A stretch of 63,773 nt of DNA, filler included, from Globobulimina sp. (GCA_003354225.1; 30 parts of 30 records of this genome joined end to end with filler, not necessarily neighbours in it), one strand, 5' to 3'. Shown: positions 25,843 to 37,860, counted from the whole stretch's first letter. Notes: generated by a model from the sequence alone, not told the origin. A program made the numbers and translations.

Positions 25843-27448
25843 AGTGAATTTGAATTTGGTCCATCAAGCATTTCAACTTTATTCTTTGTTCCTGATTTTA
25901 TTAAACAGCATCTTGACGATCATGAAAAAGAAAGCGATGAAAACAAATCAGGCTCCTCATCATCCACAAAAAACTATTCCTTAAAAGACAACCGAGTTAA
26001 TTACAGATTACACTTCATTCTGAAATCATTTATATAATCTACAGACATACAGAAGTCAGTGAGTGATTATGAAACCATGGCCTTTGTAGCATTACGAGAT
26101 ATTATCAAAATAAGCGATGAGGAATTGTCCAAACTATATAATTATAATAAGAGAGAATATAATACATTCCAAGCTGTTATAAATAATGTATGTGAAATGT
26201 ACGTTAATTTATAGTACACAAATAGTTAATTTATAGTTTAATTTATATACACAGTCAAATATAAATTATGCGAATTTAATAAATCGTGATCAAGTTACAA
26301 TATTATATCAGTTTTTTGCGCGAGTATCTGGTAAAGATTCATGGATTGAAGTTTGTTATGACTTAGGATTTGGGAAATATTTTACATTCGACAATATTGC
26401 AGCGCTTTATGATGACGTTCGGAATTTGCAAATCCGAGCAAAACACCAACAATTATCCGAATTAAGATTTTTTATGCAATTAATAATATATTATTGGGAG
26501 AACCATCATAATACAAACGATATAAATATAACTGAGAATTGTAATGTTAGTTTCTTTTGGGTCCAATCTCTCACTCAAATTATACATTTCATTTCGGAAC
26601 TAGCAGTCGCACGCAATATTGAAATATATTGCCTGTCGACACACAAATGGGTCAACGCTACAATTACAAAAATAAATAAATGCGAGCATCAGTTGTATGC
26701 ACAATATCTGAATGGAAGTAATAACCACCAATGGATCTCGTTTTTTTCATCGAGATTAGCTCCCATTGGATTTAAATATTTTTATACTCCAAATGTAAAG
26801 AAACGGAATAATGTGCCATGTATAGTGTGTGTAGTAGATGAGAAACTAAATAGTTATTCTAATAAAAATATGCAACTCCAATTGCAAGGTATTAAATATA
26901 TATTAAATGGTTATATTTATATATTTTTATTTGTCGGCATGGTTTTGTTTTATAATATATAGTTCGAGCAACTCTCGACAAAAATGAGAATCGCTATAGG
27001 TTCATACCAAGAGAAGGGTGGAGTTATAGAGATATTAATAATAACAGAGTGGGTCCTGTATCTTTGGGTGTGTTGTTTGTACAATGTGCGGAAGTGCGGA
27101 TTGATCAAAATACGCCAGTCTATCATCAACGATATGGAGTGACTGCATTGAGCAAATTACCTGAGATTACAGATGCGTTCAGAAGACATGTTCAAAAATG
27201 CAAAATGAAAAGTTTTGTTGCATGTGCATGTGCTATGTGTTTATGCGGCGATTAATATTTAATAAATAGTTGATGCAGAATATGTTACTTCGTCATCGTC
27301 AGTAACAAATCAAAGAGAGCAATTATCGATATTTACATCAACTGCAAGTAATTCACCATTCAATCCAAATAAGAAAAGAAAGGATCATATGTTTGGTAGA
27401 AGTAATCATAATAATTCAAATGTATTTATTCCCGAATCTGACTTTTGA
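25843..27448 (+). CDS. Multi-exon protein with a Tudor/chromo-barrel-like segment and a GYF-like domain
   Basis: KWVNATITKI...QWISFFSSRLAP; GWSYRDINNNRVGPVSLGVL; several GT-AG introns. Confidence 0.55.
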
Positions 27449-27689
27449 TTTATAGTAATAACTAATTGCTGAGGGCCGGTATATATATATATTATGTTAA
27501 CCGTTTTTTTGCGGAACACCAGTTTTCAGTTTGTGAATATTCTTAACTTTTTTCATTATTTGCTGATTGTTTTTCACTTTTTCTATCACNNNNNNNNNNN
27601 NNNNNNNNNNNNNNNNNNNNNNNNNNNNNNNNNTTAATTAATTAANNNNNNNNNNNNNNNNNNNNNNNNNNNNNNNNNNNNNNNNNNNN

Positions 27690-29718
27690 CGTCCAAGAAC
27701 ACCACCTGAGAGCCGCCAATAAGAGCAATTCCAAGGCTCAATTTCCGCTTCTGGCCACCAGACAAAGCAGGCGGGAATGCGTGCTCTTTCTCTCCAATCA
27801 CCAAATCGCGAATAGTCTCGTCCACTTCCTGTTGAATCAAGCGTGCCGGCACACCTTTTAACCTACAAAATAACTCCAAATGTTCGCGAACAGTCAGCCG
27901 CTTAAACAACACATCGTGCTGCGGACACACGCCCAGCGACTTACGTATGGCCTTCATGCCATCGTACACCGAGTTGCCCAAAATCCACGCATTGCCATCA
28001 GTTAACGTGATCAAGCCAGTCAACATTGAAATCGTTGTGGTCTTTCCAGCGCCGTTATGCCCCAACAAGCAAAACACTTCGCCCGTAAATATATCCATAG
28101 ATATTCCATTCACTGCTCTCACCACTTTAGAACTCATCAACTCCGTGAAGTGCTTTGTTAGTTTTCTGATAGAAATCGCAGGTTTTAAATTAAGTCTTGA
28201 CCCTAACGGTTCAAAACAATCTGTTTCTTCCAACGTGAATTTTCTTTGCAAATTCAATGCTGCCATGGTCTGCTTTTTTGGACACCAAAACGACGGCAAA
28301 CATATAAAAAACGGCGAGGATCTCTGGCCGTATTGCGACGGGAATACGCGGTCTAAATATAGTGTCAATGCTATATATAATACGCTGTCAAGTAATAGCA
28401 TCCAAATGGCAGTGCCGAACGCAAAGCCTTGGTATTCGTCATAGATGTTATTCCATTGCACGCCAATCAGTGATGCTTCATACTGTCCCAAATTGGTCAA
28501 TGACATGGAAAAACAGGCCGGTCCCACTAAACATAGAGCGCCTTTCTGTGAGTCGTCCATAATCATTCCAAAGAAACCGCCATATAATGCTAAAATGAAC
28601 ATAAATACACTGATTAATGACGCAACCCTTGTTTTGTTTAAATATTATAATACAAATATCAAAAATATATATTATAGAAAGAAAATTAAACTTTGGGTTA
28701 TCGAAGATTGTGCTGAGCAGTGTAGCATAACTGACCAGATTCACGCAAAACAATACCATCCACACAAATATTACACTGACATCAGAATACATAAATACAT
28801 CCATCCATTCTCCGATCAACGCAAAGCTCGCGCCCATAATAATAAATTCCATGAAAAACCATAAATACCACGACACCCAAAAGGTAGCAAAGGTCGCCCC
28901 CATCATTTTTAAGCCTTCCTTGATTTTATCAGCCTTCTCCTCCACCAACGCCTTCACAATTTGACTGAAAGGATATACGAACGAAATCAATATAAAAAAT
29001 ATAAATAATGGTTCAAGTGTCGTCCAGAAATCATCAGTCTGGAATTCATCAGTCGGGAATACAAAAAAACCCTTATTCATACTTAAAATCGTGTCATTCA
29101 CAGCGCTCCATGGCGTACTACCTTGCATATCGGCAATTGCCTCCGTTATAGCATTGTCAATGTATGCTTGAACATTTATAAATGCGCTGTATGCATAATT
29201 TGACGAACCATCGGTCCTAAATAACAGCCAATACAGTAACAGTTGTATACTAAATGCGATATAAGCACATACATACCATTGATCATTTAATTTCCGATTA
29301 AAATTATTGATATTGTTCTGGTCTGTAGAGGGTACTGGCAATTTACTGCCGCCACCAATGGGCTGTGGCGGTCCTTGCCCGGGTTGCATGCCTGAGGCAC
29401 CACCGGATGCATTGAAGCGTAGTCGATAGGACCAGGCCAAGCCAGTGGCGTTTGGGCCTGGATCGACAAACGAGATTCCAAAGCCAATGGGTCTGTGCTT
29501 TTGGACAGCATCATCGGTATTGCTGCTGATGCCATATCCTTTGCCATAATTTGCTTCTTTGCAGTAAGAGTCTACAGCACTGTCACTGTCAAAGTATTTA
29601 ATGAGCCATCCTAGAAACAAAATATATGCATGTTTTTGTAGAAAATGTAAGAAAATTCGTAGAGTATATACCTTCCGCAAACGGAAGAGAAAGTATGTAA
29701 TCGACGCATCGGGTTTCG
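27690..29718 (-). CDS. ABCA-family ABC transporter, internal fragment with 3 introns
   Basis: LVEEKADKIKEGLKMMG, Walker A GHNGAGKTT, LGVCPQHDVLF, signature LSGGQKRKL. Confidence 0.96.
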
Positions 29719-29818
29719 NNNNNNNNNNNNNNNNNNNNNNNNNNNNNNNNNNNNNNNNNNNNTTAATTAATTAANNNNNNNNNNNNNNNNNNNNNNNNNN
29801 NNNNNNNNNNNNNNNNNN

Positions 29819-30493
29819 ATGGCAGAAATTGAGATTCAACTATCCCATCAAAATGAACTCAACGTACAAAACCCAGAAACGACTGCCAATGGCGTCGAAG
29901 AGAAAACTAACCAAACCACGCAAAATACAGAGGATCAGCCCTTACCAAAAAGTCCAATAAGAGCGAAATCATCACTCTTCACAGCATATTTTGATGAAAG
30001 CGACGTAGCATCCAAACTATTCTTATTAGAAGGATTAAGATCGAAAATGATCAATGAAAACAAAGAATTAATCAAAGATATGGTTTTTACGGTAAATTAT
30101 CGCTGTTGTATTGTCATATTTGTTTCATTGGGCATTGTTTATTTTGACTATAGAGTCGTTACAAAGTGGTACTGGACTTTTACATTTTTATTGATTGCAA
30201 TCATTATAATGTGCACTGCCATATTTTGTCAAATGCGCAACAAGAAATTAGTGGAAAATGCAGATTGCGTCCCTTGGTTTTATACCATCTCCAAAAATGG
30301 TGTTCGCCCAGAATTAGAATGGAAAATATTCCACGTCGAAGATGCGACTTATTCCGCATTGGTGGCACTGGCTGAGGTAAAAAAAAAGAATGAAAAGGCG
30401 CAGAACCACAAATATAAACATTTCACGTACGACAATGCAATGAATTGGTTCTTAGATATTCGTAATACAATCACTCTGGCACAATCGCCATAA
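29819..30493 (+). CDS. Hypothetical two-TM protein
   Basis: 224-aa ORF with two adjacent hydrophobic helices. Confidence 0.6.
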   Translation: MAEIEIQLSHQNELNVQNPETTANGVEEKTNQTTQNTEDQPLPKSPIRAKSSLFTAYFDESDVASKLFLLEGLRSKMINENKELIKDMVFTVNYRCCIVIFVSLGIVYFDYRVVTKWYWTFTFLLIAIIIMCTAIFCQMRNKKLVENADCVPWFYTISKNGVRPELEWKIFHVEDATYSALVALAEVKKKNEKAQNHKYKHFTYDNAMNWFLDIRNTITLAQSP

Positions 30494-30838
30494 ATTTTTG
30501 ATGCAATTTTTTTTTTTGTCGATAATCCATATTTGATGATATAATCTATTTATTTGTGTGTGTTATTAACTTATTATTTGAAAGAATTGCATTTTAATAG
30601 ACGTGTTGTTAACTTATGTCCATTATAATTATACCCAATTCCGCAACCGTTTTCCTTTGCTTTCTGTATTTCTCCGCTATAATCGCGTTATACCTATGTA
30701 GGGAGAAAAAAATATCTAAAGACGCGATTAAGAAAAAAATTAAACCACGTCTATAAGAGATGTTTATGTCACATATTTTGAATTTTTAAATTCATTATCT
30801 CCATTCAAACATACTTTAAATGGCATCCCCAATGCGAG

Positions 30839-31843
30839 GAAATATATCCAGTCCCAAATCATTATCTCGTCCATTCTGCATCGATTGATATCAATTCCAT
30901 GCCTTTAAACCTAATAATGACGGGATTGTTACTTGATTTGAAGTGATTTCAGTTTTTCAGCTTGGAAATCAACAAACATCAGACATAATGACAAAATGGC
31001 TGCGTCACAAAAGAAAACAAAGATATGTCTTTTTTTATGTTTCTATATTCATTTTAGCATTCAACAAGAACAAATAAGATATGTTGAAAAGGTTGATTAT
31101 TTGGATGGGATAATCTGGATTGAATTGTGTGGAATTGCATGATTGAATTGAATTAAATTATGGAGATTTGGATTTTGTATTGAATTAATTAGGGAGAATT
31201 TAGATTGGTTTGGGAGAATATATAATTGGTTTGTGAGATTTAAGATAAATTTGTGATAACTTATTTGCAAGGCTTATTATTTTAATTCTGTTTAATGATA
31301 TGATTTGCGCAGAAATGCTGCATTTTTTTTTGATTATCCTTGCACTTTGTAACTGCGAAAACTATGGTAATTATCCTTGCACTTTGTACGTTGCTTCATT
31401 GTTTTAAAAAAATGCAGCATTTCTGCGCAAATCATATCATTAAACAAAATTAAATAATAAGCCTTGTAAATTAATTACATATTCTCTCAAACCAATCCCT
31501 AATTAATTCAATCCAAAATCCAAATCTCCATAATTTAATTCAATTCAATCATGCAATTCCACACAATTAAATCCAGATTATCCCATCCAAATAATCAACC
31601 TTTTCAACATATCTTATTTGTTCTTGTTAAATGAATATAGCAACATAAAAATAAACATATCTTTGTTTTCTTGTGTGACGCATCCATTTAGTCATTATGT
31701 CTGATGTTTGTTGATTTCCAAGCTGAAAAACTGAAATCACTTCAAATCAAGTAACAATTCCGTCGTTATTGGGTTTAAAGGCATGGAATTGATATCAATC
31801 GATGCAGAATGGACGAGATTATGATTTGGGACTGAATATATTT
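30839..31843. repeat. Long imperfect inverted repeat (arms about 30839-31329 and 31406-31843)
   Basis: The reverse complement of the right arm matches the left arm with scattered substitutions and indels; the spacer holds two copies of ATTATCCTTGCACTTTGTA. Confidence 0.95.
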
Positions 31844-31947
31844 CATGNNNNNNNNNNNNNNNNNNNNNNNNNNNNNNNNNNNNNNNNNNNNTTAATTAAT
31901 TAANNNNNNNNNNNNNNNNNNNNNNNNNNNNNNNNNNNNNNNNNNNN

Positions 31948-33136
31948 ATGCCGGTCTTATGACTCTAGCTCGTATCATCAAAATAACAGAGCGAGGAGAG
32001 GGCGGAGAAGAGGCGGAAGGACACGGCCGAGATGGCGGGATCGAAGACAATATGAACATAGTTATAATGATCAGAATTACAACGATTATAATTACAATGA
32101 TGGCGATCGAAATAGAAATAGAGATCGCGAGCGGTCGGATAGCTATGCAATTAATGATTATATCCCGACGGTGACACCAACTCCCACACCAACACATAAA
32201 TGGGCGGGAATCCCATCGCCGCCACGGAGACATCGTCGAGACATCGATGAAGAGCTCGAAATGCAAAGCAAAAACACGGAAATCGCAGACAATGATATTA
32301 TAAACAATGAGGATGACGATGACTTTGATGACAATGATAACAACGGAAGTGTCGGGAAAACGACTCCAAAAATCAAACAAAGGAAAAAACAATGGACAGT
32401 GAAACACAATAATGACGAGAATAAAAATATGGATGGAGATGAAGATGAGGACGAGGACGACGAGGCATTTCCAAGCAATACGCATCATATATTTGTCCGT
32501 GACACTCAGGATTTAGATTTTTCGACAATAAAACAAAAGTATCGCGATATTGTAGTAATTTGCCAATTTAGTGCCAAGTATCACAGTAAGAACGGCTTAG
32601 AATTATGTAAAAACCGCACAGTATTACAACGGAGAGAGAATCAAAAGCATGGCTATGCAGTGTTGGATTGTAAGCCAGTGTTTGAAGGGGCGCATTGTTG
32701 GAGAATTAAATGCAAAAACTTTTCGCCGTGGATTTTTATTGGAGTTTGTCGGCCGTTTATTCAGTATACGGATACTTCATGGAACAACAAATATATTTGG
32801 GGCATCTCAACGTGTTCGCAGTCCAACAGGAACGGTCATTGGGCGCTTGATTATTCGGTGAAGACTCCGTGGAAAAATAAAACCGTGGTGGAAATTGACA
32901 TGTTGTTGGATTGCAATGATGGCACTCTAAAATATCAACAAATACAAGGACAGGGACAAGGTGACCCCAATCAAGATGCGGATATTATTAATTTGGATGG
33001 TTTGGACCGAAATGATAACAATTCAGACACCAAAAATGGTCAAATATCGTGGGTTCCCCATTTTAATTTGCATACTCCCGGCTCTTATGTTTCTGTTAAA
33101 AAAATTCCACACACGAGATTTGGACAAATATGGTAA
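31948..33136 (+). CDS. SPRY-like domain protein with RD/RS-rich and acidic N-terminal region
   Basis: GAHCWRIKC...WIFIGV...IWGIS...IDMLLDCNDGTLKY...WVPHFNLH. Confidence 0.75.
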
Positions 33137-34076
33137 GTACGATTCGCTCAAAGATCCACTATGCAATATTTAATTAACACCCATTCTTTTTTATTTATTT
33201 GTCACATATTCACCATTCAAACGTAAAACATGCAATGAATTATTTCCTCCAGTAAAGTTTTTTGGATTGCTTGCTGTTTTTTGGATGTTCACTCATTAAA
33301 CAATTTTAGAAAAAACTTGAGCTTATTTTTATAGCTACAAGATTGTCTTTATTCTGTGAAAACCTTTCAAGTAAAGTAGTACCAGGCTCACAGATTGCTG
33401 GAACAACCCTGCGAGGGAGTAAATAAACCCGAAACTTGGTTCGGGGGAAAGGGTGAAGCATTTATATTTGGCATGGGAGATGGATACCATTGAGGGAATA
33501 ATGAGGTTGCTATTGTTGGGATGGTTCTGTCCAATGCTGAGTCTGTCAGCAATGCAATTGAAGACTTGTTCTTTTCCAAAGTATTATTTGTAAGTCGGCA
33601 ATGTGTTTTTGAGTGGCTTTGAACAAATTGACATAGGTTAATTTATTAACATTTCTGGGCGTGCTGATTAATGAAACAAAAATACGAATATGATGGTAAA
33701 ACACACGGCAAATATAGAAGACATATATGACAAAACAAGTATTGAGTAGTCATCATATACATTATAAAACATTTTTGGTTTCCAGCACATCGAATTAATA
33801 TTCGCAAACTCATAAAATCAAATTTGACAATTTCTGTTTATTGAATTTATATTCATCCACATAAATATAATGATGTTTACCAAACTGAATATCAAATCTC
33901 GTGGCATTTTGGCGTTGTTTATCGTGTATTATCATTTGTAAATAATCCAAATTAATATCAACATACTTAACATCGCNNNNNNNNNNNNNNNNNNNNNNNN
34001 NNNNNNNNNNNNNNNNNNNNTTAATTAATTAANNNNNNNNNNNNNNNNNNNNNNNNNNNNNNNNNNNNNNNNNNNN

Positions 34077-34225
34077 CGTGATCGCGCTGTCAAGGAACTG
34101 ATAGAAACAGAAAAAACATATGTAAACGGCTTGGGAAAACTCATTATAATTTACATGAATCCATTGAAACAAAATGATTATAAAATCATCTCCATGTCGG
34201 ATCATCAAACCATATTTCCGGAAGG
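34077..34225 (+). CDS. RhoGEF (DH domain) fragment
   Basis: RDRAVKELIETEKTYVNGLGKLIIIYMNPL is DH conserved region 1; it breaks off at a probable chimeric junction. Confidence 0.8.
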
Positions 34226-34505
34226 AATGGGTTTGTGAGGTAACAATGAGTTATGAGAAAAATGGACTTTTTCAAATGGAAGTATTCGATGAAACAGGTC
34301 CAGGCCAAAAAGGGAGCTGGCAAGATGTCGTTGCGTGTCCTTTGATGGCAGTGCTTGGCTATATGTTGGATAGCCCGCGTGGGCGCAAATTTTTTCATCA
34401 ATATAATTTGGCAAAATATGGTCGACGGTTTAGTCATGTGCCGTATCTTGAGGTCACTCACCATCGAAAAAGAAAAAAATGGCTGTTGATAGCGAGAATG
34501 AGGAG

Positions 34506-34736
34506 AATATCGCAAATGCTGCCAATATCGCAAATGCCGCCAATGTCGCCAATGCTCGCAAATGCCGCCAATGCTCGCAAATGCCGCCAATGCTCGCCAA
34601 TGTCGCCAATGCTCGCCAATGTCGTCAATGCTCGCAAATGCCGCCAATGCTCGCAAATGCCGCCAATGCTCGCAAATGCCGCTAATGCTCGCAAGTGCCG
34701 CCAATGCTCGCAAATGCCGCCAATGCCGCCAATGTC
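34506..34736 (+). repeat. Minisatellite of 9/10-bp subunits (19-bp higher-order unit GCCGCCAATGCTCGCAAAT)
   Basis: About 12 imperfect units read directly; keeps several frames open. Confidence 0.92.
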
Positions 34737-34755
34737 AGAAGAGGAAAAACGACAG

Positions 34756-35401
34756 ATGCAGCAGCAGGCTCAAATGGCAAGACGAAAAAGTCAAATTTCA
34801 GAAAATATTAACCGATGTCACGGCAGCGAATGTTAACTTCTCTCACGAGACAAATCAAATGAAAACAACCATGGCAATTTTGCAGGAAAAAATTATTTCA
34901 AATGAAAGTGTATCGAAGCGACGTATAATTCAATTAGAGCAAATCATTGAGACGGATAGAAAAAAACAGAAAGAGTTGTTGGCTGAATCAGAAGAGCAAT
35001 GTCGAATAGTTGTAGATGAAATGGATGCATTTAAGGATGAATTGGCTGCATTAAAAAATAATAATAATAATATTGTAAGTGTAACAACCAAAAAAATGTT
35101 GCATAATGTATCACCTTCACCATCACCACCCCAAGATATTACAATGATGAATGTAACAAGGCGAGAAGTCATCCGTCATTTGCGTTTGGATGAAGCAACA
35201 TCGCCAACTCCATCACAGGTGTTGATGCCTCCACCACCTCCGAGATCCAGCAGAGTTGTAGCGGTGGTGTCTGACAAATCCGAGGCTGATCTTACGCCAT
35301 CATCACAACAAGATGATGACTTGTCTCAGCAAAGCACATCAGGATCCAATATTAGGCTAACCTCTGACGACGACGATGACGATGAAAAAAATCAGAGCTA
35401 A
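34756..35401 (+). CDS. Hypothetical coiled-coil/Ser-Pro-rich protein, probably repeat-associated
   Basis: Open frame after the minisatellite; part of it recurs inverted at 35728-35851. Confidence 0.45.
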
Positions 35402-36205
35402 TTGAAGACGTAAAAAAAAGTGCGGCAGATACGAACGTTGTTAAAGAGGTGAATAACGAGCTGGAGGATGAGAAAATTAACAAGGCGCCTGTGGTGGTGG
35501 TCGTCAACGACGAGGAAGTTAAGAAGGAGGAGGAGTTGGTGGCGGTGTTACCAAACCAGGCGACAGTACCGGCTATGTTACAGTATTTTTTTTATTCCAG
35601 AATTCGATGATTCTGATGAGTATTTCGATATGGGCCTAGGTATCGCTCTTTCATTGGCCCTTTCTGCTGAGTGGGCTTTGTCATTTGACGCAGCAAGTGC
35701 TTGCTTTAATGTACAGCCATTTCATCCTTTAATGCAGCCAATTCATCCTTAAAAGCATCCATTTCATCTACAACTATTCGACATTGCTCTTCTGATTCAG
35801 CCAACAACTCTTTCTGTTTTTTTCTATCCGTCTCAATGATTTGCTCTAATTAGACTAAGACTAACTAAGTTCGGAGGTTAAACATTCGAAAAAGCCTCTT
35901 TGTTTACTACCGACGGGCTTTAGCTGCAAGCGTTCTAAAAAGTGATTCACGTCCCTTCGAAACATCCATAAAAAGCATCAGAAATTCCATGTTATAATTT
36001 TTTGTTTGATATTTTGTTGTATATATATATATGTTTTTTTTATATAAAATTACAAAGTATACAAACATATACAACAGAAACACAAACAAAAAACAGAAAT
36101 TAAATNNNNNNNNNNNNNNNNNNNNNNNNNNNNNNNNNNNNNNNNNNNNTTAATTAATTAANNNNNNNNNNNNNNNNNNNNNNNNNNNNNNNNNNNNNNN
36201 NNNNN

Positions 36206-36217
36206 TGGAGTGCTCAT
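36206..36217 (-). CDS. Start of a divergent virus-like ORF (MSTP...), truncated by the contig end
   Basis: Minus strand TATATACAAAGAAT-ATG mirrors the start context of the 36741 ORF and has the AGTCAAT box 72 nt upstream. Confidence 0.55.
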
Positions 36218-36279
36218 ATTTCTTTGTATATAATATAAATACTATTTAAATTTTAAAATAATTTGCCCATAAAAATATT

Positions 36280-36310
36280 ATATTGACTTAAAAATTATAT
36301 GAGTCAATAT
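36280..36310. promoter_or_regulatory. Pair of inverted AGTCAAT boxes (putative bidirectional promoter)
   Basis: ATATTGACT-N13-AGTCAATAT; each half lies 63-72 nt from an ATG on its own strand. Confidence 0.65.
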
Positions 36311-36363
36311 TAAAGCGATATAAAATTAAATTACGCATATAAATATTATATATTAATATACAA

Positions 36364-36633
36364 ATGAATATAAGCGAATACATAATAGCAGAGATTGATT
36401 ATCCAATTTTCATGAATGATTGTGAGGAAATTGATATTATGAGTTATATAAACCATAGATATGGGTTTGGAATTAGACAATATACGATTAGTCAGATTTA
36501 CAATTTTTGTAATGATTATGAAATTAAATTATTTATTAGAATGCGTAATGGATATAATTTAAGAATATCATATCATAGAATGTGTGAAATATTATATGAT
36601 CTATTAAATCATACCGAATATTTTTCAGGATAG
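36364..36633 (+). CDS. Hypothetical protein, virus-like
   Basis: Intronless 89-aa ORF with GAGTCAAT at -63. Confidence 0.7.
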   Translation: MNISEYIIAEIDYPIFMNDCEEIDIMSYINHRYGFGIRQYTISQIYNFCNDYEIKLFIRMRNGYNLRISYHRMCEILYDLLNHTEYFSG

Positions 36634-36668
36634 ATATTTTTATTTAATGAAAATAATATATGACGAAA

Positions 36669-36677
36669 TGAGTCAAT
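36669..36677 (+). promoter_or_regulatory. TGAGTCAAT upstream box
   Basis: GAGTCAAT begins 71 nt before ATG 36741. Confidence 0.6.
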
Positions 36678-36740
36678 TTATTTTATTTATTCATTAATGC
36701 CGCAAAATTTATATATTTGCTTAATATATACAAAAGAATA

Positions 36741-37046
36741 ATGGCTGAAACACCAACAAACTTCACTTTAAAAAAATATAACGGCAAATGTGTTTTTTAT
36801 AAATCTAATGATCCCGTCATAATTAATGGAATTTCATATGGATATTTAAACCCAAATGTTTATTCAATTAATGACGTAATACAAATTGCGATTGATAATA
36901 ACATACACGGCTTCTCCAGAATCGGAGTAGGCTGCGGCAAATGGCGCTTTCAAAAAGCATCTCGCTCGTATAATGAATTACATACCGCAATTGAAACAAA
37001 TACAAAATCTTATCCTGGCCTCGCTTTTTATTTATTGGACTATTAA
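36741..37046 (+). CDS. Hypothetical protein, virus-like
   Basis: Intronless 101-aa ORF starting MAETPTNF. Confidence 0.72.
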   Translation: MAETPTNFTLKKYNGKCVFYKSNDPVIINGISYGYLNPNVYSINDVIQIAIDNNIHGFSRIGVGCGKWRFQKASRSYNELHTAIETNTKSYPGLAFYLLDY

Positions 37047-37098
37047 ATATCATAAATAACCATCAAAAATAAAATATAAAATATATAATTTATGATTC

Positions 37099-37106
37099 GA
37101 GTCAAT
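37099..37106 (+). promoter_or_regulatory. GAGTCAAT upstream box
   Basis: 67 nt before ATG 37166. Confidence 0.6.
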
Positions 37107-37165
37107 TATATATTATTACCAGAATAAACCATAATAAAATTTATTTGTATATCATATATAAAGAT

Positions 37166-37792
37166 ATGTTCTCCTCTAATAATACCCAAAGCGATTTATC
37201 AAAAGATGCCGATACCCTCATTAATTCATTTAATTGCGAAGATGGTGATATAATTGACATCTGCTTTTTTTGCTGTGAAACCGATATATTATCAAATATA
37301 AGATGTAATAATTGCGACGAAGGCAAAAATGTATGTGAATATTGTTATAATTTACTTAAAAACGATAAAATTAAAGAGTTTAAAAAAAATATAAATAATG
37401 ATGATTTTGAAATTGATGATGATGATTGTATGAATGATATCCTATATGACTGTGATTTTATTTTTTATGATAATGAATATATGTGCTTTTGCAATGTAAA
37501 TTCATGTAATAGTTGCGATGAAAAAGGGTATTGGGAAGATTTTCATTGCTGCGAAGAATGCAATGAGACATTTTGTAGTGGCTGTGTGGCTCATGTTCGA
37601 GATTCGACATATTGTGTTGGCTGCTTAGATAAAAAACGTACAATTGGCGTCTGCTGTTATTGCGATATGACGAATGGCGATCCGTGTGCATGTGATGATG
37701 AAGATGAAGATTGCGACTGTGATGATGTATATGATGAAGATATAGCAATATTTGAGATTGATGGGCAATATATGTGTAATAATTGTTTTTAA
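37166..37792 (+). CDS. Cys/Asp-rich multi-CxxC protein, virus-like
   Basis: About nine CxxC pairs (CFFC, CNNC, CEYC, CNSC, CEEC, CSGC, CVGC, CCYC, CNNC), intronless. Confidence 0.78.
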   Translation: MFSSNNTQSDLSKDADTLINSFNCEDGDIIDICFFCCETDILSNIRCNNCDEGKNVCEYCYNLLKNDKIKEFKKNINNDDFEIDDDDCMNDILYDCDFIFYDNEYMCFCNVNSCNSCDEKGYWEDFHCCEECNETFCSGCVAHVRDSTYCVGCLDKKRTIGVCCYCDMTNGDPCACDDEDEDCDCDDVYDEDIAIFEIDGQYMCNNCF

Positions 37793-37811
37793 TTCCGGAT
37801 GAATGATGATG

Positions 37812-37843
37812 ATTTTTAATTTAATTACGCTTAAATTAAAAAT
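37812..37843. terminator. Perfect AT-rich hairpin between convergent ORFs
   Basis: ATTTTTAATTTAA-TTACGC-TTAAATTAAAAAT: 13-bp stem, 6-nt loop, no U-tract or GC stem. Confidence 0.65.
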
Positions 37844-37860
37844 GTTATATAACGTATAAT

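Noticed and set aside
33330-33976. Possible coding remnants on either strand
   Set aside because: Multiple stops and no recognisable family; cannot support a call.
34506-34736. CRISPR array
   Set aside because: Contiguous tandem units with no unique spacers and no cas genes.
35579-35585. Other TACAGTA 7-mers (also 46374-46380) as transposon footprints
   Set aside because: No demonstrable frameshift; the 7-mer is expected by chance in AT-rich DNA.
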